This document shows positions 49,190 through 56,984 of a DNA stretch of 56,984 nucleotides, one piece after another (the first letter of the stretch is position 1; each line of letters begins with the position of its first letter). The stretch is from Coraliomargarita sp. CAG:312 (GTDB taxonomy: Bacteria; Verrucomicrobiota; Verrucomicrobiia; Opitutales; Intestinicryptomonadaceae), in NCBI GenBank assembly GCA_000438015.1, contig FR901603.1, positions 5,687 through 62,670 of the forward strand, given 5' to 3'. Below the pieces are notes generated by a model. The model was given only the letters and a program-made list of their open reading frames with translations, was not told where the DNA came from and ran no database searches. Position numbers and translations under genes: made by a program.

Positions 49190-50077
49190 ATGAAGACCTA
49201 TCTTGATTTTGTAAGAGAATTTGAAAGTCTTATGCAGTGTGCCGCAAAAATAAAACAGGGTGCGGAACTTCCTGGCAATTCTTTTAGCCCTGCGGAAAAA
49301 AGCGGTGGAATAAATTTGCGCGCGCCCGCTTCAAAACGCGTTTTAATATTTGCTCCGCATCCAGATGACGAGTCTATGATTGGGACTTTGGCAATCCGCT
49401 TAAAAAAGGAATGCGGTTTTGAAGTCGTAAATGTTGCCGTGACATTGGGGTCGAATAAAGAGCGCAGAGAAGGGCGCAGACGCGAACTTGAGTCTGCGTG
49501 CAATTTTCTTGGGTGGAGATTGATAATATGCGGCAGGGAAGGTTTCGACGACATAAAGCCGGATACTAAAACTAGAGATCCGCTCCATTGGGAAAACTGC
49601 GTTGGGGAGATATTGGAAATAATGAGGCGCGAGAATCCGTCTGTGGTATTGGCTCCCCATACTGGCGATTGGAATAAGACGCACATAGGAACGGGTCTTC
49701 TGGTGTTGGATGCTATCCGAAAGCTGGGGGCGGATTTTATAGGCGTACTTGCCCAAACCGAATATTGGGGGGCCATGCCAAATGCAAATCTTATGGTGGA
49801 AGCGGATTCTGAAACTCTGGCTGAACAAATAAGGGCGGTTTCTTGCCATACCAAAGAAGTTGAACGCAATGACTATCATTTGCGCCTTCCTTCCTGGATG
49901 AGCGACAATGTGCGCAGAGGCGGTGAAATTGTCGGAGGGCAGGGCGCCCATGCGCCGTCGTTTGCATTCGGGGTAATTTATAATATATTGACATTCAAAG
50001 ACGGGAGCCTGCGCCCTGCGTTTGACGCCGGAAGATTTATATCCAAACAGGAAAACATATCCAAAATATTCGGGTAA
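49190..50077 (+). CDS. PIG-L/LmbE-family N-acetyl-sugar deacetylase
   Basis: FAPHPDDE metal motif and RRRELESAC. The second motif is the variant DWNKTH. Confidence 0.88.
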   Translation: MKTYLDFVREFESLMQCAAKIKQGAELPGNSFSPAEKSGGINLRAPASKRVLIFAPHPDDESMIGTLAIRLKKECGFEVVNVAVTLGSNKERREGRRRELESACNFLGWRLIICGREGFDDIKPDTKTRDPLHWENCVGEILEIMRRENPSVVLAPHTGDWNKTHIGTGLLVLDAIRKLGADFIGVLAQTEYWGAMPNANLMVEADSETLAEQIRAVSCHTKEVERNDYHLRLPSWMSDNVRRGGEIVGGQGAHAPSFAFGVIYNILTFKDGSLRPAFDAGRFISKQENISKIFG

Positions 50078-50082
50078 GCATA

Positions 50083-50850
50083 ATGGTAATTTTTATAGAG
50101 AAAAGTTCAGCAAACGCTTCCGGCAAAGCAGCCGAAATAGTGATAAATCTGTTGAAGTCCAAACCGAACGCCGTATTGGGATTGGCTACGGGCGGAACGC
50201 CGGTACGCCTATACGGAGAACTCATAGACGCTAATTCCCGCGGAGAAATTTCTTTTAAATCCGTAGAAACGTTCAACCTAGACGAATATCTCGGAATCCC
50301 GGCTGCAGATGCAAATTCCTACCGCAGTTTTATGGACAGAAATTTTTTTGACCGAATAGACATAGATAAAAGCAAAACGCATATTTTGGACGGCATGGCT
50401 TCGGATGTTGCGGCGGTTTGCAAGAGCTTTGAAAAATCTATCGAGCATGCCGGCGGCATAGATTTGCAGATTTTGGGGTTGGGCGCCGACGGGCATATAG
50501 GTTTTAACGAACCCGGCTCCAGTTTTACTTCGCGCACGCATGTTGAATTTCTCGCCCAGAAAACCATTGAAGACAACGCGCGTTTTTTTGGAGGCGACAG
50601 ATCTAAAGTTCCTGAGCGCGCGATAACAATGGGAATTGCCACTATTATGTCAGCTAAGAAAATCTTGTTATTGGCATTTGGCGATAAAAAATCCGACGCT
50701 GTAAAAGCAATGGTAGAGGGCGAAATAAACGAATCCGTCCCTGCTTCGATTTTGCGGAACCATCCGGACGCAACTATTTTTTTGGACAAAGCGGCGGCGT
50801 CGAAATTGGATAGAAGAAATCCAAATATTTTCGATTGCACTGCGCGGTGA
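50083..50850 (+). CDS. nagB: Glucosamine-6-phosphate deaminase
   Basis: LGLATGGTP, FNLDEY, GGIDLQILG, GHIGFNEPG and AITMGIATI motifs. Confidence 0.96.
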   Translation: MVIFIEKSSANASGKAAEIVINLLKSKPNAVLGLATGGTPVRLYGELIDANSRGEISFKSVETFNLDEYLGIPAADANSYRSFMDRNFFDRIDIDKSKTHILDGMASDVAAVCKSFEKSIEHAGGIDLQILGLGADGHIGFNEPGSSFTSRTHVEFLAQKTIEDNARFFGGDRSKVPERAITMGIATIMSAKKILLLAFGDKKSDAVKAMVEGEINESVPASILRNHPDATIFLDKAAASKLDRRNPNIFDCTAR

Positions 50851-51146
50851 TATTTTCCCAGTGGATTTGGAAATGCGCATTTTCTTCAGTTGTTTTTATT
50901 TCCGCAAAATAGCGTCTTTACAAAAACGTAGAGTTTGGCGAGGCTTTACATGACTAGATTTTCCCGGAAACTATAATGCTGAAAATTTTATGCAAAAAAC
51001 AAGGCCTTTGCATTGTGGAAGACTTCCAGGTTTTCGGCAGCCGTTTTAATGCCTGCGCTTTCTTAATTTCCGCTGCCAATGAGCCGCCTGTTTTATTTGC
51101 AGCTCTTGGCGTGGCGCGGGAGGCAAATTAAATCCGTTCTATGGAA

Positions 51147-52547
51147 TTATTTTGCAAAACGCTTTGCAAATTCCTTATGGATGTTGTCAAAAGAGCCGTT
51201 GCTAAAAAAAACGCACAGGGTTTTTTGTGAGGCGTCAATATCTTTTGAAAGCGCCTCTAAAAGTTCGGCGTTTGAATTGAATGCTTTTATCTTTTTAGGG
51301 TTGTATTCGGCAAGAGCTTTTGTGTCCATCCTGCGAGATGGTTCTATCTTATTTGCGTTTACAGCTCCAACATATGCGGCGTCGGCTTCGGATAGTGATG
51401 CGGCAAACTGGTTTTGGAATATATTTGTCTTTGCAGTGTTGCTTCGTGGCTCAAAACAGGCAACCAGCTTGTAATCTGGATATTTTTGCCTTAGAGACTC
51501 TATGGTAAGTTTTAAAGCCGTTGGGTGGTGCCCAAAATCCTCAATGGCTTTTAGGTTTGGGGTGTCGAGAATAATTTCCTGCCTTCGCTTGACTCCGCGA
51601 AATTTGGAAAGAGACGATATATCGATATCCAACGGTTCTTTTCCCAATATTTCAGCTGCGCCAACGATGGCCATCGCGGCGTTGCGCGCGTTGTAAATGC
51701 CTGGGAGATTCCATTCAACCGACTTGCGCTTGCCTTTGAATTCTATTGTGAAAGACGAGGAATCCGGCTTTTGATGGAAGTCCAGTATTTTTACGTCGCA
51801 TGAGTCGGATGTCCCGACTGTCATTCGGCGCACCCAGGGGGTGGCTTCGAGCGAGGCTATGTTTTGGTCGTCTCCGTTTTCCACTATCAATCCCAGCGGA
51901 GAAACAATTCTTCTTACATGGGTGAATGTTCTTTTTACGTCGGTTAAGTCTCGGAAAATATCCGCATGGTCGAATTCTATGTTGTTTATGAGAAGAACTC
52001 GGGGGCGGTAGTGCAGAAACTTGCTTCGCTTGTCGAAAAACGCGGTGTCGTATTCGTCGCCTTCTATCACGAATGGAGCGGAATTTTTACCCAGATTTGA
52101 TCCTCCTTCGGGCAGGTCCGTCGGGATTCCTCCGATTAGCCATCCGGCATCTATTCCGTTTTCGCGCAAAAGAAACGCCGCCAAGCAAGTTGTTGTCGTC
52201 TTACCGTGGGTCCCGCTCACGACTAGAGATTTTCTTTTGCCGATAATCTCCTTTCCTGTAAGTTCGGATAGGCTGGTGTATTCGTATTTTTGCGAGGCGA
52301 GAACGAACTCAAGCTCCGGATTCATGCGGCTGATTGCGTTGCCCACCACGACTAAGTCGGGAGAGAAAGCGTCTAGCCGCTCCGGATTCCAGCCTTCTTG
52401 CGCGCTAATATCCGCGTCTTTTAAAGCGCTCTTCATTGGTTCGTACATTCCGGTGTCGCTTCCGCCAACTTCATGCCCGAGCCTTTTCATCAATATTGCG
52501 GCATTGCCGGTTGCAGTGCCGCATATTCCAATAAAAAATATTTTCAT
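51147..52547 (-). CDS. mpl: Murein peptide ligase (UDP-MurNAc:L-Ala-gamma-D-Glu-mDAP ligase)
   Basis: IGICGTA, GTHGKTTT, EGDEYDTAFFDKRSKF, NIEFDHADIF, DFGHHPTA and FEPRSNT motifs. Confidence 0.94.
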   Translation of the reverse strand: MKIFFIGICGTATGNAAILMKRLGHEVGGSDTGMYEPMKSALKDADISAQEGWNPERLDAFSPDLVVVGNAISRMNPELEFVLASQKYEYTSLSELTGKEIIGKRKSLVVSGTHGKTTTTCLAAFLLRENGIDAGWLIGGIPTDLPEGGSNLGKNSAPFVIEGDEYDTAFFDKRSKFLHYRPRVLLINNIEFDHADIFRDLTDVKRTFTHVRRIVSPLGLIVENGDDQNIASLEATPWVRRMTVGTSDSCDVKILDFHQKPDSSSFTIEFKGKRKSVEWNLPGIYNARNAAMAIVGAAEILGKEPLDIDISSLSKFRGVKRRQEIILDTPNLKAIEDFGHHPTALKLTIESLRQKYPDYKLVACFEPRSNTAKTNIFQNQFAASLSEADAAYVGAVNANKIEPSRRMDTKALAEYNPKKIKAFNSNAELLEALSKDIDASQKTLCVFFSNGSFDNIHKEFAKRFAK

Positions 52548-52555
52548 CCGGAGAG

Positions 52556-53473
52556 CTATTTGAGAATTTTATCGAATATATCTATTGCATCCGTCCAAGA
52601 CTGCATTCTTTCCGCGCCTATGGGATGCGTGTTCCAGAAGGCGTGGTTTGAGCTGTCGTAATATGTTATCGGGCATTCCAATTTAAATTCTTTGTATTTT
52701 TTTTGCAGGTTTTCCGATTCGGAAATGGGGACAGTTTTGTCTCCCCTTGAATGCAATATGTGCATAGGCGCAGATTTTGCGCTTACATATGACACTGGGG
52801 ATGCTTCCTTGGCGCGTTCTTTCGCGTCGGGAGCGTCTTTAAAAACTCTGGAGAAGCGTTTTGCGCTTGAATATAAGTCGGTGACTGGCGCCATTGGCAC
52901 TGCGGCTTGAATGCTTGGATCTGTTCCGTCGGCAAAGACTTTTTTGCATATCTGCGATTCTTGCGCCGTGGCGAGCATTGCTGTTAGATGACCTCCGGCA
53001 GAGCCTCCTATGACTCCTATTTTACCGGGATTCCCTCCAAAACTTGCTGCGTTTTGTTTTAGCCATTTTAAAGCCAGCCAGCAGTCCTCTATGCAGTCTT
53101 CCAGCTCGAATTCAGGCAGAAGCCTGTATGATATGCACGCGACTACATATCCGCGGGATGCAGCATATGCCGCAAACATTGCGAATTTTTTTTCGTTGCC
53201 CATGGACCATCCCCCTCCGTGTATCATGAGCAAGCATGGAACAGGCTTGTAATCGGGGCTTTTAAAATTTTTGGGGTAGTAGACGTCCAATTTAACGTCA
53301 GGGTCGGGGCATGATGGGCTGTAGCGTATAGCTTCTTTGCATAGCACGTTCCAAGGGCAGTCGAAAGTCACAGTCAATTGGTTTCCCATTCTGTTGGGGC
53401 TTCTTTTAATTTCAGCCATGGCGGATAGGGATATTGCAAGGGTTAGTACTATTGACAGTATTATTTTTTTCAT
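52556..53473 (-). CDS. Secreted alpha/beta hydrolase (HSL/BD-FAE-like esterase)
   Basis: Signal peptide from ATG 53473; HGGGW, GGSAGGHL, GDKTV and HAF motifs. Confidence 0.9.
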   Translation of the reverse strand: MKKIILSIVLTLAISLSAMAEIKRSPNRMGNQLTVTFDCPWNVLCKEAIRYSPSCPDPDVKLDVYYPKNFKSPDYKPVPCLLMIHGGGWSMGNEKKFAMFAAYAASRGYVVACISYRLLPEFELEDCIEDCWLALKWLKQNAASFGGNPGKIGVIGGSAGGHLTAMLATAQESQICKKVFADGTDPSIQAAVPMAPVTDLYSSAKRFSRVFKDAPDAKERAKEASPVSYVSAKSAPMHILHSRGDKTVPISESENLQKKYKEFKLECPITYYDSSNHAFWNTHPIGAERMQSWTDAIDIFDKILK

Positions 53474-53729
53474 ATTCGGATTTGTTTTCCGTATAATTTT
53501 ACAATCCGCGCAGTTTTTCAACAAAAATGAAATTATTCTTGAGAAACTTCGGAAGCCTTGAGATTATTTCCGAATACGATGGCTTTTTTTTGTGCCGGTT
53601 TTGGTATTTTTTGAGGGCGCAATGGAAGCAAATTGGCTGTAAGACATTGAGCGCCGGGGCTTTTTTGCTTGAGCGGGCGCAAATGTTTTTAATTGCCGAA
53701 CTTCGTATTAAACCGGTCAAAATGCGAAT

Positions 53730-55640
53730 ATGAAAAAAACTCCGCCAGAAATCAGAATTTTACCCGAAAACGTCGCCAACAAAATTGCGGCAGGCGAAGT
53801 AATAGAGCGCCCATCTGCAGTTGTAAAAGAGCTGTTGGAAAATTCGATAGACGCCGGGGCCACCCGCATTGACATAGAGTTTAAAAACGGTGGGAAAAGT
53901 TTTGTCAAAATAATGGACAACGGTTGCGGAATGACCCGCGAGCAGGCTCTGATGAGTTTGGAGCCCCACGCCACAAGCAAAATTTCTGAACCGGAAGATT
54001 TGTTTAAGATATCCAGCTACGGTTTCCGGGGCGAAGCCATACCGTCTATTGCCAGCGTTAGCAAATTTTGCATGCGTTCCCGACCGGCGTCACAATCGTC
54101 TGGTACACAGGTGGAAATATACGCCGGAGACGTTAAATCGGTGCGCGAATGCGGAATGCCTGAAGGTACGGAAACTATTGTGGAGAATCTATTTTGCAGC
54201 GTTCCAGCCAGAAGGAAGTTTTTGAAAAGCGACAATGTGGAAGCTTCGCATATAATAAAACTATGCCGGCTTTACGCCTTGGCGCTCCCCCATTTGGCAA
54301 TCAGCCTTATAGAAAACTCGCGCGTAGTTTTCAGGTCTGAGCGCGACTTGGGAGTTCTGGAGCGCATAAGCAGAACTTTTGGTGGGGAAATTGGCTCCAA
54401 GCTCATCGAATTGCGCGAGTGCAAACTTGGGGGCATGAAGATGTCCGGGGCGATTTTAAAGCCCGGTGAATCTTTTGCCACAAGCAGGAACATCTGCGCG
54501 TTTATAAACTCCCGTCCGGTTGATTGCAGGGCGGTTTATTCCGCCGTCAAAGAGTCCTATGCCCAATATTTGCCAAAGGGCAAGTTTGCGGCCGCATTTT
54601 TATTTATAGAGCTCGATCCCGCAACAGTCGACGTAAACGTTCATCCCGCTAAACGCGAGGTTCGCCTGAAAAACGAGTTTGCCGTGCGCGATTTTATCGT
54701 GGAGGCTATTTCCGGAAAGCTTTCCGCCTATACGCTTTCGACAAACCGCTGCTCTTTCAAGTTGGATGAATCTGAACCCGAGCCTTCTATGGAATCCGCT
54801 GCCGCAGAAGCTAGGCGGTCCATTCAGCTCCCATCCCCGGCGGTTTCCCCAAAAAAATACAATTCTTCCGAAATACTTTCGGCTTTGGACTCATTGGGCG
54901 CCAGAGCGGCGAATTCCCTGGGAAATGCGCGGCCTGCGTTGGATTTTTCCCCGGAAGTGCGTTTAGGGGCAAATGTTCCCAGAGCGCAAAAAAATTCCAC
55001 TGCGGAAATTTCCGGTTTAGCCGAGCGCGTATCTAATGTTGAAAATGCCACCCAGGGCGGCGGCTTTCAAGGATGCGTTTCCGATGTGCCTGGATGGAGA
55101 TATGTCGGATGTGTCCATAAAAAATACGCGGTATTTGAAACGGATAAATCTATGGTATTGATGTCGGTGACATCAGCGTTGAGGCGCGTGCACTATCAGA
55201 GGGCTATGGATTCAATGAAGTCGGGTAAAGCGGTATCGCAGAGGCTATTAATTCCCGCAAGCATTAAGTTGGACAGGGCGGACGCCGATTTTTACGAAAC
55301 AAATAAAAAGGCTTTTAAGGCGTGCGGTTTCGACATAGAGGAATTCGGGCCCAATTTTTACCGCATATATGCATCTCCGGACTGGCTTCCATTGGGGGAT
55401 TTGGAGGGATTTATCCGCGACTTTATAGAGCTTGCGCGGGATGAAAGCCGCGTTTTGAAAAAGCGGGTATTAGCCGATGAAACTTTTGCGAGAATCATTT
55501 CTTCAAAGATAAACATGACGGGGTTTGTCTGTACTCAAACATCGGCTATGTCGCTTTTAGGCGATCTTTTGAAATGTCCCGGACATATGTCTGCCCCAGA
55601 CGGGAAGCCGACGTTAAAGGAGTTTTCCGAGTTTTTCTAA
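53730..55640 (+). CDS. mutL: DNA mismatch repair protein MutL (endonuclease motifs degenerate)
   Basis: IAAGEVIERP, KELLENSIDAGA, DNGCGM, HATSKI, GFRGEA, PARRKFLK and VDVNVHPAKREV motifs. Confidence 0.96.
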   Translation: MKKTPPEIRILPENVANKIAAGEVIERPSAVVKELLENSIDAGATRIDIEFKNGGKSFVKIMDNGCGMTREQALMSLEPHATSKISEPEDLFKISSYGFRGEAIPSIASVSKFCMRSRPASQSSGTQVEIYAGDVKSVRECGMPEGTETIVENLFCSVPARRKFLKSDNVEASHIIKLCRLYALALPHLAISLIENSRVVFRSERDLGVLERISRTFGGEIGSKLIELRECKLGGMKMSGAILKPGESFATSRNICAFINSRPVDCRAVYSAVKESYAQYLPKGKFAAAFLFIELDPATVDVNVHPAKREVRLKNEFAVRDFIVEAISGKLSAYTLSTNRCSFKLDESEPEPSMESAAAEARRSIQLPSPAVSPKKYNSSEILSALDSLGARAANSLGNARPALDFSPEVRLGANVPRAQKNSTAEISGLAERVSNVENATQGGGFQGCVSDVPGWRYVGCVHKKYAVFETDKSMVLMSVTSALRRVHYQRAMDSMKSGKAVSQRLLIPASIKLDRADADFYETNKKAFKACGFDIEEFGPNFYRIYASPDWLPLGDLEGFIRDFIELARDESRVLKKRVLADETFARIISSKINMTGFVCTQTSAMSLLGDLLKCPGHMSAPDGKPTLKEFSEFF

Positions 55641-55715
55641 ACAGTTTTTTCTGGGATTTATGTCTTTGAATGCGCCTGCCTGAAGTGTTCAGCCGGGAGG
55701 TGATTTTTTTTAGAT

Positions 55716-56984
55716 TCAGGCTTTCTTAAAATAGCGTTCAAACATATCCCCGAAGAATCTTTTCTGGCGGTCGCACCTTTTGTTGATTCTTCTGAATTCC
55801 CGCACAGCTATGAATGCCGAAAACACAAACGCCACGAAATCGGAGATGGGATAGCTTAGCCACACTCCGGTTATGCCAAAATATTTCGGCAAAAAGACCA
55901 ACAGCGGCATAAGCAGAACCACCTGCCTTAAGACAGTTATAAAGATGGAAAAAATTGGGCGTTTTGTGGATTGAAAATATCCCGAAGTTATTATATTTAA
56001 AGATATGAAAGCAAAAGCGGCTGTGACGATTCTAAATGAATATACCCCGTCTTCGGCTATGTGGGAATCCGCACCGAGAAAGATGTCAAACACCAGCCTG
56101 GCTCCGAATTGGCATAAGAAAAATCCTATTACCGAAACTATCGCTCCGGCAAGAATGGCATTTAAATATGCTCCTTTTACGCGCAAATAATTTTGCAATC
56201 CCCAGTTGTAGCCGACAATCGGCTGTATTCCCATGCTTATTCCCACAATTGGAAGAAACATGAAAGTGATAACCGCCGTATTGACGCCTATAATAGCAAG
56301 GGCGGATTCTGAACCGTAGTTGCGCGCTTGCTGGACAAACACCATGACTGCCAATCCGGTCAAAAATTGTATTACAAACGACGGGGAACCCGCCGAGAGC
56401 ATGCTTTTTAGCAGCGGCATAAATATTCTAAAATTGCGGAGGCGAAGCTTTAAAAAGCTTTTTCCTCCGAAATAGAACCATAATACCCATAGCGTTCCGC
56501 ATGCTTGGGCCATTATGGTTGCCAAAGCAGCTCCGCGAACCCCCATTTTCAACTTGAAAATAAAGATGTAGTCTAAAACAACATTTGTAATTCCGCCGAT
56601 TAAAAGCGTCGTCATAGCGTAAACCGGCCTGCCTTCGGCCCGTATTACGTTGTTTATTCCAAAAGATATTTTCTCGAAGATAAGCCCGCATATTATTATG
56701 GAGTAATATCCGACAGCGTCAGGCAAAATGCGTTCGGTAGCTCCCAAAAACATGAGGGTCTGGGGCATAAAATTAAGCATATACAATGCGACTAGTATGC
56801 AAAAGACAGCAAAAAGGAAAAATGCCTGCCCCAAAACCTTTTCGGCGTCGTCGTATTTTTTCTGCCCGAGTTTTATTGATGTTATTGTCGCCGTTCCCAC
56901 TCCTATTGTCATGCCAACAGCCAGAAGGAGAAGGGTGGGGGAAAAACATACGGTTATTGCGGCAATTGCGTCCTCTCCGCAAGC
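55716..56984 (-). CDS. MATE-family efflux transporter, partial (5' end beyond the window)
   Basis: The frame is open to the window edge. IRAEGRP, NVVLDYIFI, GVRGAALAT, QPIVGYNWG and GVWLSYP motifs. Confidence 0.93.
   Translation of the reverse strand, partial: ACGEDAIAAITVCFSPTLLLLAVGMTIGVGTATITSIKLGQKKYDDAEKVLGQAFFLFAVFCILVALYMLNFMPQTLMFLGATERILPDAVGYYSIIICGLIFEKISFGINNVIRAEGRPVYAMTTLLIGGITNVVLDYIFIFKLKMGVRGAALATIMAQACGTLWVLWFYFGGKSFLKLRLRNFRIFMPLLKSMLSAGSPSFVIQFLTGLAVMVFVQQARNYGSESALAIIGVNTAVITFMFLPIVGISMGIQPIVGYNWGLQNYLRVKGAYLNAILAGAIVSVIGFFLCQFGARLVFDIFLGADSHIAEDGVYSFRIVTAAFAFISLNIITSGYFQSTKRPIFSIFITVLRQVVLLMPLLVFLPKYFGITGVWLSYPISDFVAFVFSAFIAVREFRRINKRCDRQKRFFGDMFERYFKKA

Noticed and set aside
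50851..51146. Promoter-like TATAAT and a 131-aa ORF in the nagB-mpl spacer
   Set aside because: The ORF mostly overlaps mpl antisense. No terminator or structure supports an sRNA.
1..56984. tRNA, rRNA, CRISPR array, IS/transposase, integrase, prophage or known defence genes
   Set aside because: None recognisable by eye. There are no regularly spaced repeats or mobile-element motifs.

Overview
This is a gene-dense bacterial chromosomal window. It most likely comes from a Verrucomicrobiota (Opitutales-like) organism; that is an inference from the IPEP-CTERM surface protein, the Tat-exported Gfo/Idh/MocA enzyme and the overall gene set. The first ~15 kb is accessory or surface-related: a partial secreted GH5-like glycosidase missed by the ORF track, a flavodoxin/4Fe-4S protein, two very large divergent Sel1-repeat proteins around a membrane protein, and a 1085-aa PEP-CTERM adhesin-like protein preceded by a candidate 21-aa uORF. 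The rest is mostly housekeeping and metabolism: rlmN, agmatine deiminase, CNNM, cutA, lutABC, a stand-alone 5'-3' exonuclease, hisH, gltA, GH2, uvsE, a TetR-RND efflux operon, an EEP lipoprotein, sixA, hemN, hemE, murJ, a sigma54 response regulator, an L,D-transpeptidase, asd, an OM beta-barrel, PIG-L deacetylase plus nagB, mpl, an esterase, mutL and a MATE transporter. I saw no tRNA, rRNA, CRISPR array, IS or prophage. The most notable signals are a candidate ~100-nt sRNA with its own promoter and terminator upstream of lutABC, a MutL with a degenerate endonuclease site, hemE split by a 25-bp tandem duplication, a flap endonuclease ending in a beta-clamp-like motif, and strong GATC depletion. 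All calls come from reading motifs by eye; no database searches were run.
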